From the NCBI GenBank assembly GCA_045651625.1, contig JAZRST010000065.1:15668-79667 (forward strand): a DNA stretch of 64,000 bases, given 5' to 3'. The notes beneath the pieces were generated by a model. The model did no database searches. It was not told where the DNA came from and saw only the letters and a list, made by a program, of their open reading frames with translations. The position numbers and the translations under genes were made by a program. This DNA is from Acutalibacteraceae bacterium (lineage in GTDB: Bacteria; Bacillota; Clostridia; Oscillospirales; Acutalibacteraceae). Below are positions 46,339 to 55,866 of this stretch, piece by piece. Every line of letters starts with the position of its first letter. The first letter of the stretch is position 1.

Positions 46339-46896
46339 ATGGCAAATGAATTTGATGCACTTACACAGGACGTGGGCATCGGCGGAGTCCGTTCAAGGCT
46401 CGGCATACGCGTGCTTCTGTGCTATATACTGAAAAACGTAAAGAGTGAGGTTTCAAGAACCGCATTCGGTGAAATTTTAAGAAGCAGTGAGCTTGTGAAT
46501 TTCTTTGAAATAAATCCTGCGCTTGATATGCTTTGTGAAAGCGGTCTCGTAACGCGTACCGAAAAAGAGGATGATGATTATTTCAGTATCACAGACGAGG
46601 GTATATCCGTTGCAGATAAGCTTCAGACTGAAATTCCCATAACCGCAAGAGAAAAGGCTCTTTCCGTTGCATTTACGGTTGTTGCCCGTGAAAGACTCAA
46701 GGGCAGTGTGAGCTACAATATAGAAAAAACGGAAAACGGCTGCTACGTGACACTCAGCGTACGTGACGGGGATACTCTTATGATGGAAACAAAGCTTTTT
46801 TCAGCCGACAGTCTTCAGGCTCAGCTTGTTGGTGAAAACTTTATGAAGCATCCAGAAAAACTCTATGAGGGCATAATTGATGCTCTTTCACACTGA
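46339..46896 (+). CDS. DUF4364-like (PadR-type winged-helix-like) protein
   Basis: 185 aa, 5 nt downstream of the lipoprotein gene. The family call is from memory of the conserved position upstream of phoH in Clostridia. Confidence 0.5.
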   Translation: MANEFDALTQDVGIGGVRSRLGIRVLLCYILKNVKSEVSRTAFGEILRSSELVNFFEINPALDMLCESGLVTRTEKEDDDYFSITDEGISVADKLQTEIPITAREKALSVAFTVVARERLKGSVSYNIEKTENGCYVTLSVRDGDTLMMETKLFSADSLQAQLVGENFMKHPEKLYEGIIDALSH

Positions 46897-46905
46897 GGTA
46901 AAAAT

Positions 46906-47865
46906 ATGTTTGAACAGATTATAAATATTGACAGAATGGAGCAGGCGGTAAGCCTTTTCGGTAGCTTTGACGAAAACGTGAAGCTTCTTGAAAAGGAGTT
47001 CTCCGTTGAAATCGTAAACCGCGGCTCTCAGCTTAAAATTACGGGTGAGGATATAAACGTCACCAAGGCAACGAAGGCTCTGCAGGGGCTTATAATGCTT
47101 ATAAACAAGGGCGAGCAGCTGACTGAGCAGAACGTAAGATACTGCATCTCTCTTGTAAATGAGGGAAATGACGATAAGCTTCCCTCAATCTCCTCCGACT
47201 GTATATGCATCACCACGTCGGGAAAGCCCGTAAAGCCCAAAACTCTCGGACAGAAAAAATACGTTGATACCATAAATAAAAATACAATTGTTTTCGGTGT
47301 AGGCCCTGCAGGCACGGGTAAAACCTATCTTGCCGTGGCAATGGCTGTAAAGGCATTCAGGGCAAAGGAGGTAAACAGAATAATTCTCACCCGTCCCGCA
47401 GTTGAAGCAGGTGAGAAGCTGGGCTTCCTTCCCGGTGACCTTCAGCAGAAGGTTGACCCCTATTTAAGACCTCTTTACGATGCACTTTTTGATATGCTTG
47501 GTGCTGATAATTTTCAGAAATATCAGGAAAAGGGCAATATTGAGGTAGCACCCCTTGCCTATATGCGAGGCAGAACCCTTGACGACAGCTTTATTATTCT
47601 TGACGAGGCTCAGAACACAACTCCCGAGCAGATGAAAATGTTCCTGACAAGACTGGGCTTTAACTCGAAAATTGTCGTAACGGGTGATATTACACAGATA
47701 GACCTTCCCGACGGTAAGAAATCGGGACTTAAGGAAGCTGTTAAAATTCTTAAAGGAATTGAAGATATAGAAACAGTGCGTTTTTCGGAAAAAGACGTTG
47801 TCCGTCACAGACTTGTGCAGGATATCATCAAGGCATACGAAAAAGGCGAAAAAAAGCGTGATTAA
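46906..47865 (+). CDS. phoH: PhoH-family ATPase (YbeZ-like)
   Basis: 319 aa. Walker A GPAGTGKTYLA, ILDEAQNTT, GDITQIDLP. Confidence 0.9.
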   Translation: MFEQIINIDRMEQAVSLFGSFDENVKLLEKEFSVEIVNRGSQLKITGEDINVTKATKALQGLIMLINKGEQLTEQNVRYCISLVNEGNDDKLPSISSDCICITTSGKPVKPKTLGQKKYVDTINKNTIVFGVGPAGTGKTYLAVAMAVKAFRAKEVNRIILTRPAVEAGEKLGFLPGDLQQKVDPYLRPLYDALFDMLGADNFQKYQEKGNIEVAPLAYMRGRTLDDSFIILDEAQNTTPEQMKMFLTRLGFNSKIVVTGDITQIDLPDGKKSGLKEAVKILKGIEDIETVRFSEKDVVRHRLVQDIIKAYEKGEKKRD

Positions 47866-47883
47866 TCGTGAAAGGAAGATTAT

Positions 47884-48390
47884 ATGGCAAACAAAATTAA
47901 AGTAATCATCACAAACGATCAGAATACCGTAAAGGTACCCTCAGGTTTAAGACTTCTTATAAGACGCTGCTGTAACGCGGTGCTTCTTATGGAGGAGTTT
48001 GGTGATTCTGCAGAAATCAGCGTGCGTTTCGTTGATAACGAGCAGATAAAGGAGCTTAACAGCGAATTCCGTGATATAGATAAGGCAACAGACGTGCTTT
48101 CATTCCCCCTGGGTGAAAACGGCGTATATGACCATAATCCCGCAACGGGTGCCGCTCTTTTAGGTGATATTGTTATTTCAATGCAGAGAGCAATGGAGCA
48201 GGCAGAGGAATACGGACATTCTCTTGACAGAGAGGTTGCATTCCTCACGGTACATTCAATGCTTCACCTTTTAGGCTACGACCACGTAAACGGAGGTCTT
48301 GAGGCTCTTCGTATGCGCGAAAAGGAAGAAACCGTACTTACTCAGCTGGGTCTTAAGAGAAACGGCGCTTACTATCTTGACGAGGAATAA
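47884..48390 (+). CDS. ybeY: rRNA maturation endoribonuclease YbeY
   Basis: 168 aa. HSMLHLLGYDH zinc motif. Confidence 0.9.
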   Translation: MANKIKVIITNDQNTVKVPSGLRLLIRRCCNAVLLMEEFGDSAEISVRFVDNEQIKELNSEFRDIDKATDVLSFPLGENGVYDHNPATGAALLGDIVISMQRAMEQAEEYGHSLDREVAFLTVHSMLHLLGYDHVNGGLEALRMREKEETVLTQLGLKRNGAYYLDEE

Positions 48391-48396
48391 TTGATT

Positions 48397-49290
48397 ATGA
48401 CAGAACAGAAAACTGCATTTATTGCAATTGTCGGTTGTCCCAACGTGGGAAAATCCTCCATACTTAACAGACTTTTAGGAGAAAAAATTGCTATTGTTTC
48501 TCCCAAGCCCCAGACCACCCGTACAAGCATTATGGGTGTGCTTACAGAGGGAGCAATCCAGCTTGTTTTTACCGACACTCCCGGCTATCACAAGCCCAAG
48601 ACAAAGCTCGGTGAAAAAATGGTAAAGGCGGTAGGCGAGGGTATTCACGACGTTGATGCCTGCCTTCTCGTGGTAGAGCCCAAGGGCGAAATCCGTGAAG
48701 AGGAGCTTACCCTTATAAAGAAGCTTAAAAGTGCGGAAATCCCTGCAATTCTTGCAATAAACAAGGTTGATACTATTGAGAATAAAGAGGATTTACTTGC
48801 CCGTATTCTTGAATTTTCAAAGCTTTACGACTTTACCTCTATTGTTCCCGTGTCTGCACTTGACGGCAACGGACTTGGTGAGCTGCTTCAGGAGCTTAAA
48901 AATCTTTCGTTCCCCTCACAGCATCTTTTCCCCGATGATACTCTTACTGATCAGCCCGAAAAGGTTATTGCGGCTGAGTATATAAGAGAAAAAATTCTTA
49001 AGTTTACCGATAAGGAAATTCCCCACGGCACGGCAGTTGCAATTGAACGCTTCAAGGAAAGAGAAGACAGCGATATTCTTGATATTGATGCTACAATCTA
49101 CTGCGAAAAGGAAAGCCATAAGGGTATAATTATCGGAAAGGGCGGCGCAATGCTCAAAAGAATTTCCACGGCTGCCCGTCACGATATGGAAAAATTCTTT
49201 GATTGCAAGGTTAATCTCAAGTGCTGGGTCAAGGTCAAGGAAGACTGGCGTAACCGCGAAGGTCTTATTCATAATTTCGGGCTTGATTAA
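48397..49290 (+). CDS. era: GTPase Era
   Basis: I prefer the ATG at 48397, 10 nt after GAGGA. G1 GCPNVGKSS, G3 DTPG, G4 NKVD, C-terminal KH domain. Confidence 0.93.
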   Translation: MTEQKTAFIAIVGCPNVGKSSILNRLLGEKIAIVSPKPQTTRTSIMGVLTEGAIQLVFTDTPGYHKPKTKLGEKMVKAVGEGIHDVDACLLVVEPKGEIREEELTLIKKLKSAEIPAILAINKVDTIENKEDLLARILEFSKLYDFTSIVPVSALDGNGLGELLQELKNLSFPSQHLFPDDTLTDQPEKVIAAEYIREKILKFTDKEIPHGTAVAIERFKEREDSDILDIDATIYCEKESHKGIIIGKGGAMLKRISTAARHDMEKFFDCKVNLKCWVKVKEDWRNREGLIHNFGLD

Positions 49291-50033
49291 TGGAAAAATT
49301 TACTGTTGACGGAGTTGTAATAAAAACCTCGGTAACAGGTGAAGCAGACAGAATCGTATGGGTGCTTACCCGTGACAGAGGCGTTATCCGTGCTTTTGCA
49401 AAAGGTGCAAGAGGTACGAAAAACCGTCTTCACGGCGGCACCTCTCTTTTTTGCTACTGTGAGTTTACATTCTCCGAGAAAAATAACGTATATAACATAA
49501 ATGAAGCACTTGTAAAAGAGGTGTTCTTCGACCTTCGCAAGAGTATGGAGATTCTGACCCTGTCTCAGTATTTCTGCGAGGTTATTATGAAATGTGTTCC
49601 CGATAAGTGTGACGAGGAGATATATCTCCGTCTGCTTCTCAACAGCTTTCACTTTCTCACAAAGGGAGACAAAAATCCGCTTCTTGTAAAATCCGTGTTT
49701 GAGCTGAGGCTTTCGTGTGTTGCAGGCTATATGCCTTCTCTCATTGCCTGCGATAACTGCTCGGAATATGAAACGGACGTAATGTATTTCAACTGTGCCG
49801 ACGGCAGACTTTTCTGTAAAAGCTGCGGCAGGGGAATGGCAATTCCCGAGGCGGGAGCAGCAGTTATCTCCGCTATGCGTCACATCTGCTTTTCGGATTT
49901 TGGAAAAATATTCTCATTTGAGTTGCAGGAAAGCTCCCTTAAGGTGCTGAACCGACTTACGGAAAGCTATCTTAAGGCTTCGCTCGGTCAGGATTTCAGC
50001 CTCCTTCGTTATTTTGATGATATAAATAACTGA
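49290..50033 (+). CDS. recO: DNA repair protein RecO
   Basis: 247 aa. The ATG overlaps the era stop by 1 nt. Cys4 zinc motif CDNC...CKSC. Conserved era-recO order. Confidence 0.87.
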   Translation: MEKFTVDGVVIKTSVTGEADRIVWVLTRDRGVIRAFAKGARGTKNRLHGGTSLFCYCEFTFSEKNNVYNINEALVKEVFFDLRKSMEILTLSQYFCEVIMKCVPDKCDEEIYLRLLLNSFHFLTKGDKNPLLVKSVFELRLSCVAGYMPSLIACDNCSEYETDVMYFNCADGRLFCKSCGRGMAIPEAGAAVISAMRHICFSDFGKIFSFELQESSLKVLNRLTESYLKASLGQDFSLLRYFDDINN

Positions 50034-50037
50034 TTTT

Positions 50038-50116
50038 TTAGAATCATTAAAAAATTTTTAGAAAAGCTCTTGACTTTTATTTTAGAATGATTATAATAAA
50101 TTTAGAACAATTCAAA
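50038..50116 (+). promoter_or_regulatory. Promoter with three PerR/Fur-box-like 7-1-7 repeats
   Basis: -35 TTGACT (50070-50075) and -10 TATAAT (50092-50097). Matches to the PerR consensus TTATAATnATTATAA:
- TTAGAATGATTATAA (50082-50096), 14 of 15, overlapping the -10
- TTAGAATCATTAAAA (50038-50052), 13 of 15
- TTAGAACAATTCAAA (50102-50116), 11 of 15. Confidence 0.5.
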
Positions 50117-50139
50117 AAATAAGTCAGGAGGCGATATAA

Positions 50140-50502
50140 ATGACCAAACAAAGGGCTGCAATAATTAAAGTAATGCGTGAAAACTGCGGCCATTTTACCG
50201 CTGAAGAAATATTTTTGTTGGCTAAAAAGGAATATCCTTCAATCGTCCGTGCTACAATATATAATAATCTTAACGGAATGGTTGAAGAGGGTAGTATAAG
50301 AAGAATCTGCCAGTCGGGTCAGCCCGACAGATTCGACAGAAATCCCGCCCCGCACGAGCATATAATCTGTACCGGCTGCGGTAAGGTTGAGGATCTGAGC
50401 ATCCCCGGTCTTTCCGAAACAATGGAGAATGCAGCCGGCTGTGAAATTGAGGATTATGAGCTTGTAATTCATTGTAAATGCCCTGAATGCAGGGTAGTAT
50501 AA
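50140..50502 (+). CDS. Fur-family transcriptional repressor (PerR-like)
   Basis: 120 aa. Winged-helix N-terminus, [12 protein letters not shown] and CKCPEC structural Zn site. Sits immediately upstream of rubrerythrin. Confidence 0.85.
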   Translation: MTKQRAAIIKVMRENCGHFTAEEIFLLAKKEYPSIVRATIYNNLNGMVEEGSIRRICQSGQPDRFDRNPAPHEHIICTGCGKVEDLSIPGLSETMENAAGCEIEDYELVIHCKCPECRVV

Positions 50503-50525
50503 TTAAATTTTTGGAGGAAATAAAA

Positions 50526-51059
50526 ATGGAACTTAAAGGTACAAAAACAGAGAAAAACTTAATGGAAGCTTTTGCTGGTGAAAGCCAGGCAAGAAATAAA
50601 TACACCTACTTTGCATCCGTCGCAAAAAAGGAAGGCTACGAGCAGATTGCCGCTATCTTCCTTAAGACAGCAGAAAATGAAAAGGAACACGCAAAGCTCT
50701 GGTTCAAGGCTCTCGGTGAGCTCGGTGACACAGCACAGAATCTTGCAGCTGCAGCAGCCGGCGAAAACTATGAGTGGACAGATATGTACGACCGCTTTGC
50801 AAAGGAAGCTGAGGAAGAAGGCTTCACAAAGCTTGCATACCAGTTCAGAGAGGTTGCCAAGATCGAAAAGAGCCACGAGGAAAGATACAGAAAGCTTCTT
50901 TCAAACGTTGAAATGCAGGAGGTTTTCGCAAAGGCTGAGGAAACAATGTGGGAATGCCGTAACTGCGGTCACCTTGTAATGGGCAAGAAGGCTCCCGGCA
51001 TGTGCCCCGTATGCGCTCATCCTCAGAGCTTCTTCGAGGTAAGAGAAGAAAACTATTAA
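50526..51059 (+). CDS. rbr: Rubrerythrin
   Basis: ATG at 50526 after [14 protein letters not shown] and [10 protein letters not shown] di-iron motifs. C-terminal rubredoxin-like CRNCG...CPVC. Confidence 0.9.
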   Translation: MELKGTKTEKNLMEAFAGESQARNKYTYFASVAKKEGYEQIAAIFLKTAENEKEHAKLWFKALGELGDTAQNLAAAAAGENYEWTDMYDRFAKEAEEEGFTKLAYQFREVAKIEKSHEERYRKLLSNVEMQEVFAKAEETMWECRNCGHLVMGKKAPGMCPVCAHPQSFFEVREENY

Positions 51060-51102
51060 TAGTCGTATTTTTAAGAACCCCTTTCTTTGACTATAGCAAA
51101 AA

Positions 51103-51136
51103 AAGTGTCTGTCGCGTATGCGGCAGACACTTTTTT
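51103..51136. terminator. Bidirectional terminator between rbr and the convergent GPH transporter
   Basis: GTGTCTGTCGC-gtat-GCGGCAGACAC, flanked by an A-run and T6. Confidence 0.7.
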
Positions 51137-51155
51137 GTTGTCAGTAAAATAAGAA

Positions 51156-52676
51156 TTATACGGAAGCCTTTTCTTCTGCTTCAAGCTGAGCCTGTCTTCT
51201 CTTGTTGAGCTCATCCATAATTCTTGCACGTTCCTTGCCTGAAATCTTATAGAAGAACATGGGAAGTGCACAAAGAAGCATGCTGATGCCGGGGATGATG
51301 GAAACAAGTGAGAACATTGCAAAGTTCTGAGTCTTTGTAAGCTCTGTAGCAGCCACAACAACCTCGCTTGAAAGCATCTTTGAGGGATCGATGTCAATGA
51401 ACATGTACATAAGAATGATGCCGGTTGTAGCAAGAGCATTGCCGAGCTTGTTTACGAAGCCCTGTAAAGCGGAGCCGAGGCCATTGTCTCTGAAGCCCGT
51501 TTTCAGCTCAAGGTAGTCAAGGCAGTCACCGATCATTGCATTGGAAACGACGTTGAGAACACCGAGAGGAATGCTGGAGATGAGAATGAAGGGGATACAG
51601 ATGTAAAGGTTTGCGGTAAACCAGCCGATAAGCGTTGTGAAGATACTTGCAACAAAGCCTGCAAGGCAGGTTGTGATAAGAATCTTCTTGTAATCAAACT
51701 TTCTTATAAGCTTGGGCATAAGAAGCTGAGCGCCGAACATGCCTACAAGAGCACATACCTGGAAGATAGTCTTAACTGATGAAACGCTTTCTGCAATGTA
51801 CTTCGTTCTTAATTCAAGGGATAAGTCGGAGGTAAGCTCGGGTCCGATGTAGAAGGCATAACGTGCAACGTGAACAGCAGCAGCCTGAACCATATATCTT
51901 CCGCTTGAAAGAACACCCATAAGAACAACGAGCATAAGGGGCTTGCAGGTGAAAATTCTCTTGAGTGCAGTGGGCTCTCCGGGAGCACGTGTCTTTGAAG
52001 GAGGAATAACTCTTTCCTTGATGTGGAAATAGGAGTTGCCGTACATTACGGCACCGATAACCACGCAGACAGCGGCAATTATAAGGTAACGCTGTTTTTC
52101 GTATTCAATACCGGTTGATCCGAGAAGTGTGGGAAGTGTGAAGCCTGCTACAAGGAAAAGCACCTCGGGAAGGGCAGAGCCGATACTGTTGAGGTTCTTT
52201 GTGTAGGAGATAACGTAGCCTCTTTCATCGCCATTGGGAGTCATAAGGTTGGGAATTCCCCAGAAGGGAACGTCTGCAAGGGTATAGCACATACCCCAGA
52301 GAATGTAGGTTACCGCCGCATATATCATAAGCTCGGTTTTGGGAAGCTCGGGGGATATGTAAAGAAGCACCGTAAGTATTGCAATGGGAGCGATACCGTA
52401 AAGGATGTAGGACTTCATTTTGCCGTGCTTAGGATTTGCTTTGTCTGCGATAATACCCATAAGCGGATCGTTTATAGCATCCCATACACGTGCAAGAAGC
52501 ATAAGAAGCATTACGAACATCAGGGGAAGCTGTAATACGTTTACGTAGTAGTCACTGATGTAGCTTGACATCATTGCATACATCATACCCTGACCCATAG
52601 CACCTACTGCGAACATATTGAGTTCTTTTTTAGGCACTACAAAGCCGGGACGGAGCTGTTTTTTCTCTTTTGCCAT
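51156..52676 (-). CDS. GPH-family glycoside:cation symporter (MFS)
   Basis: 506 aa, ~12 TM, with a charged C-terminal tail. Confidence 0.83.
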   Translation of the reverse strand: MAKEKKQLRPGFVVPKKELNMFAVGAMGQGMMYAMMSSYISDYYVNVLQLPLMFVMLLMLLARVWDAINDPLMGIIADKANPKHGKMKSYILYGIAPIAILTVLLYISPELPKTELMIYAAVTYILWGMCYTLADVPFWGIPNLMTPNGDERGYVISYTKNLNSIGSALPEVLFLVAGFTLPTLLGSTGIEYEKQRYLIIAAVCVVIGAVMYGNSYFHIKERVIPPSKTRAPGEPTALKRIFTCKPLMLVVLMGVLSSGRYMVQAAAVHVARYAFYIGPELTSDLSLELRTKYIAESVSSVKTIFQVCALVGMFGAQLLMPKLIRKFDYKKILITTCLAGFVASIFTTLIGWFTANLYICIPFILISSIPLGVLNVVSNAMIGDCLDYLELKTGFRDNGLGSALQGFVNKLGNALATTGIILMYMFIDIDPSKMLSSEVVVAATELTKTQNFAMFSLVSIIPGISMLLCALPMFFYKISGKERARIMDELNKRRQAQLEAEEKASV

Positions 52677-52698
52677 TGTTTTTCTCTCTCTTTCGTAC

Positions 52699-54465
52699 TC
52701 AGTTTTTTCTCAATGCACCGAGAAGTGTTCCCGAATCGGGGAAGTCACCGATGGTTTTGCAATAATGAGAATAAATTACTTTCATGCTTTTATCAACCCC
52801 TATAAGGGCGGGAAGCTGCAATTCACGCTTTCCCGAGGTGCTTACTTCGGTGAATGTTTTTACCATATCGGTATCAAGCAGATTGTGCACGTCACCGTCG
52901 GTCATTTCCTCGAACATCTTGTCGCCTGCAACCATGCTTATTATGCTGTTGGCTTCAAAAATGTTATATTTGTCATAGAACCTGCATTCGGGATCTGCTA
53001 TGAGCTCAAAGGGATAGAAGCCCTGATAGGGAGCAAGCTCCTCAACGGTGTTTTGCAGAACGAATTTGAGATCTATGCCGAACATCGTGAAAACTCTCTG
53101 ATACTTCTTGAAGGTATCAAGGGTCTTTACGGCAATTTCGCACTCTATGAATCTTGTGAAAACAAGAAGAGTTTTCTTTGAAACGTTGTGCTTAAGAAGC
53201 TTGCCTGCTCCGTAAGGGGAGTTGTAAACGAAATCGGAAAGTAAATCACCCTTTTCCAGCTTCTTGTGATAGGGCTTGCCGTTTATTTTTCTGTCTTCAA
53301 GAACGGAATTTACAGCATTCTTAAATCTTTCCATTGTCTTTTCCAGAGTTACTCTCGCACAGGCAAGGTTGATTCTCTGGAAGCCTCTGCCGAGGTCACC
53401 GAACATTTCACCCCAGTCAAGGAAAATATCCGCATTCTCGAGCATCTCGCGAAGCTCAATGTGTGTCATACCGAGGGCTCTCATATCTATCCACTGAAGA
53501 TAAGTACCCTGGAGGGGGAATACCTTTATTTCGGGGAAATTCTCCGCCATAAACCGCCCGATATATTTTGCATTGCCGTCAATGACCGTCAGCAATTCGT
53601 CAAGCCAGTCCTCGCACTCGTTATATGCGGTTTTGCAGGCCTCAAAGGCAAAAATGTTCAGGTGGCTCTGAAGATTCATCATAATAACTGCCTTCATTTT
53701 GCCTCTTGCCTTTTTGTCGGGGATTATGATGTTTGAGCACTGAAGTCCCGCAAGGTTGAAGGTTTTGCTGGGGGCTGTGCAGACGGCAATATTGCCGAGT
53801 GTTTCTTCATCGAGAGTTGCCATAACCGTATGCTCGAAGCCGGGCATTATAAGGTCGTTGTGAATTTCATCGTCAATGATGAAAACCCCGTTTTTATTAC
53901 AGATGTCTGCGAGCTGCTGTAATTCTTCTTTTGTCCACACTCTGCCGATGGGATTGTGGGGATTGCAGAATATTATAGCCTTTGTTTCGGGGAGAGCGGC
54001 CTTTTCTGCAAGGTCTTCAAAGTCAATGCTGTATTTTCCGTGGGATAAAATCAGCTCGCTGTAAACAAATTTTCTGCTTTTTGCAAGAACTGCCATATCG
54101 AAGGGATAATACACGGGAGTAAGGATGATAATTCCGTCTCCGGGCCTTGTGACAGCTTCAATGATAAGTCCGAGACCGTTTACAACACCGGGTGTTGTAA
54201 CAATCCAGTCCTTTTCAATGTGAAAGCTGTGTCTTCTTTCCATCCAGGATGCCACGGCATCAAAGTAGGCGTCCGTGGGGTCGGTGTAGCCTAAAATCTG
54301 CTCCTGAGCCAATTTTGCAAGAGCATTTTTTATAGGCTCCGCAGTGGGGAATTCCATATCTGCAACTGACAGAGGGACTGCGTCCACGCTTGCATTCTTT
54401 GCCCCGTTCCATTTTGACGAGCCGCAGGCGCTTCTGTCGGGAATACTTGTAAAATCGTATTTCAT
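52699..54465 (-). CDS. PatB/MalY-type PLP-dependent C-S lyase (aminotransferase class I/II) fused to a C-terminal redoxin-like (AhpC/TSA_2-like) domain
   Basis: 588 aa. N-terminal ~390 aa: DRSACGSSKW, NPHNPIGRVW, PLP-Lys motif SKTFNLAG. The C-terminal ~190 aa resembles peroxiredoxin-like proteins, but with FTRFIECEIA in place of the usual GC.FC. Confidence 0.75.
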   Translation of the reverse strand: MKYDFTSIPDRSACGSSKWNGAKNASVDAVPLSVADMEFPTAEPIKNALAKLAQEQILGYTDPTDAYFDAVASWMERRHSFHIEKDWIVTTPGVVNGLGLIIEAVTRPGDGIIILTPVYYPFDMAVLAKSRKFVYSELILSHGKYSIDFEDLAEKAALPETKAIIFCNPHNPIGRVWTKEELQQLADICNKNGVFIIDDEIHNDLIMPGFEHTVMATLDEETLGNIAVCTAPSKTFNLAGLQCSNIIIPDKKARGKMKAVIMMNLQSHLNIFAFEACKTAYNECEDWLDELLTVIDGNAKYIGRFMAENFPEIKVFPLQGTYLQWIDMRALGMTHIELREMLENADIFLDWGEMFGDLGRGFQRINLACARVTLEKTMERFKNAVNSVLEDRKINGKPYHKKLEKGDLLSDFVYNSPYGAGKLLKHNVSKKTLLVFTRFIECEIAVKTLDTFKKYQRVFTMFGIDLKFVLQNTVEELAPYQGFYPFELIADPECRFYDKYNIFEANSIISMVAGDKMFEEMTDGDVHNLLDTDMVKTFTEVSTSGKRELQLPALIGVDKSMKVIYSHYCKTIGDFPDSGTLLGALRKN

Positions 54466-54484
54466 ACAATTTCGCTTCCTTAGT

Positions 54485-55843
54485 TTATATAATGATTGTT
54501 GTTACGCTTTCGGGGGGAAGGATTATATCTGAGTCTTCGGCAATTTCCTTTTCCGTCAGGTCATTATCCTTATCGGTAAGGGCAGTAAGCACTGTCTTGC
54601 CGAAGGTGTTCTTAAGGTGCTTTTCGTTTTTCGTGCCGTTTATAAGCACTGCCACGGTTTTTCCGTCCTTATAGAAGGCAACGGCGTTTATGTCCTTATC
54701 ATCCGTTATGATTTCAATTCTTTTTGCATTACGGGGAACGTATTTTGAGAAATTGCCCGTAACGAAAAGACGCTTTGTGAGGGAGAAGGTCTTGTCGTCC
54801 TCGTTTATGTAGATAAGTCCGTCGCAGTAGTCAACCTCAGATACTGCAATCCAGTGCTGCCAGGAGGATGCAGAGAGAATCGTTAAATCCTCGAATATTG
54901 TTTTTGCGGTAACCAGTGCAGAATTCATACCGCTGTCCCGCCCGCCGTTCATATGGCACCATTCACTCATATTGACGGTTTCGCCGGGGAAGAATATATC
55001 GAGGAATTTTCTGTATCTTTTAAGAAAGCCCACCCTGTTATTGAGGAAGGGAACGGGAATTGGCAGACAGTAGGAATGCACGTCAATTCCGTCACAGCAT
55101 TCTCTTATTTTTTTGCTGCCGAGCACGGCAAGGGTATATGCCTTGTTGAACCAACGGATGTCACCGTTCTCGCAGGCGCTGATTTTAACGCCCTTAAGGG
55201 CAGGTCTCGCTTTAAGCCTTGCTGACAGCTTTTTAAGAAGGGAATATACCTCAATGGGAGTGTAGTGACAGCCCTCCTGACCGTTTTTTTCGGTCCATAC
55301 CCACATCGGTTCATTGATGGGGGAAATGAATTTTACGGGGATATCCTCACTTAAAAAGTGCTCTGCGCAGTCAAGAAGATATTCGGAAAAAGCATCCTCG
55401 TTTTTACGGGGAAGGTTGCTGTGCCAGGCTTTATCAAGGCAGGATTTGTGATTTTTTGTAAGCCTTTCGGGGGGAGAGTTTGAGAATATTATTACCTCGT
55501 CCGCGCCCTCCTGCACACAGAGCTTCATCATACTGACGGCATTTTTATCTCTTGTCCAGTCGTAGCAGCCGTTGTTGTCAAAGCTCTCTGCCATTCTGTT
55601 TTTGTTGGGGAAAACACTTGAACCGCTGTTCTTTGAGCCGCCGCCCAGATTGTAGCGGTAAATGCTCATACCGATACCCGTTACGGGATTGTAAAGAAGC
55701 TCGGCAATGCGCTCATTTACCTTTTTTCCGCTTTCGGGGTCCTCGTGGTCCCAACCGCCAACGACCTGCGCCCACCAGGCACCCGAGGCACCGATTCCGC
55801 GGAAGGTCTGATAGGACTTTTCCTTGTTGATGTACAGTTTCAT
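54485..55843 (-). CDS. Glycoside hydrolase family 30-like protein (cytoplasmic)
   Basis: I prefer the ATG at 55841-55843 (MKLYINKEKSYQTFRGIGASGAWW). It has the (beta/alpha)8 plus beta-sandwich length typical of GH30. The family call is from the N-terminal motif only. Confidence 0.55.
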   Translation of the reverse strand: MKLYINKEKSYQTFRGIGASGAWWAQVVGGWDHEDPESGKKVNERIAELLYNPVTGIGMSIYRYNLGGGSKNSGSSVFPNKNRMAESFDNNGCYDWTRDKNAVSMMKLCVQEGADEVIIFSNSPPERLTKNHKSCLDKAWHSNLPRKNEDAFSEYLLDCAEHFLSEDIPVKFISPINEPMWVWTEKNGQEGCHYTPIEVYSLLKKLSARLKARPALKGVKISACENGDIRWFNKAYTLAVLGSKKIRECCDGIDVHSYCLPIPVPFLNNRVGFLKRYRKFLDIFFPGETVNMSEWCHMNGGRDSGMNSALVTAKTIFEDLTILSASSWQHWIAVSEVDYCDGLIYINEDDKTFSLTKRLFVTGNFSKYVPRNAKRIEIITDDKDINAVAFYKDGKTVAVLINGTKNEKHLKNTFGKTVLTALTDKDNDLTEKEIAEDSDIILPPESVTTIII

Positions 55844-55866
55844 AATTCTCTCACCCAATAAAAAAT

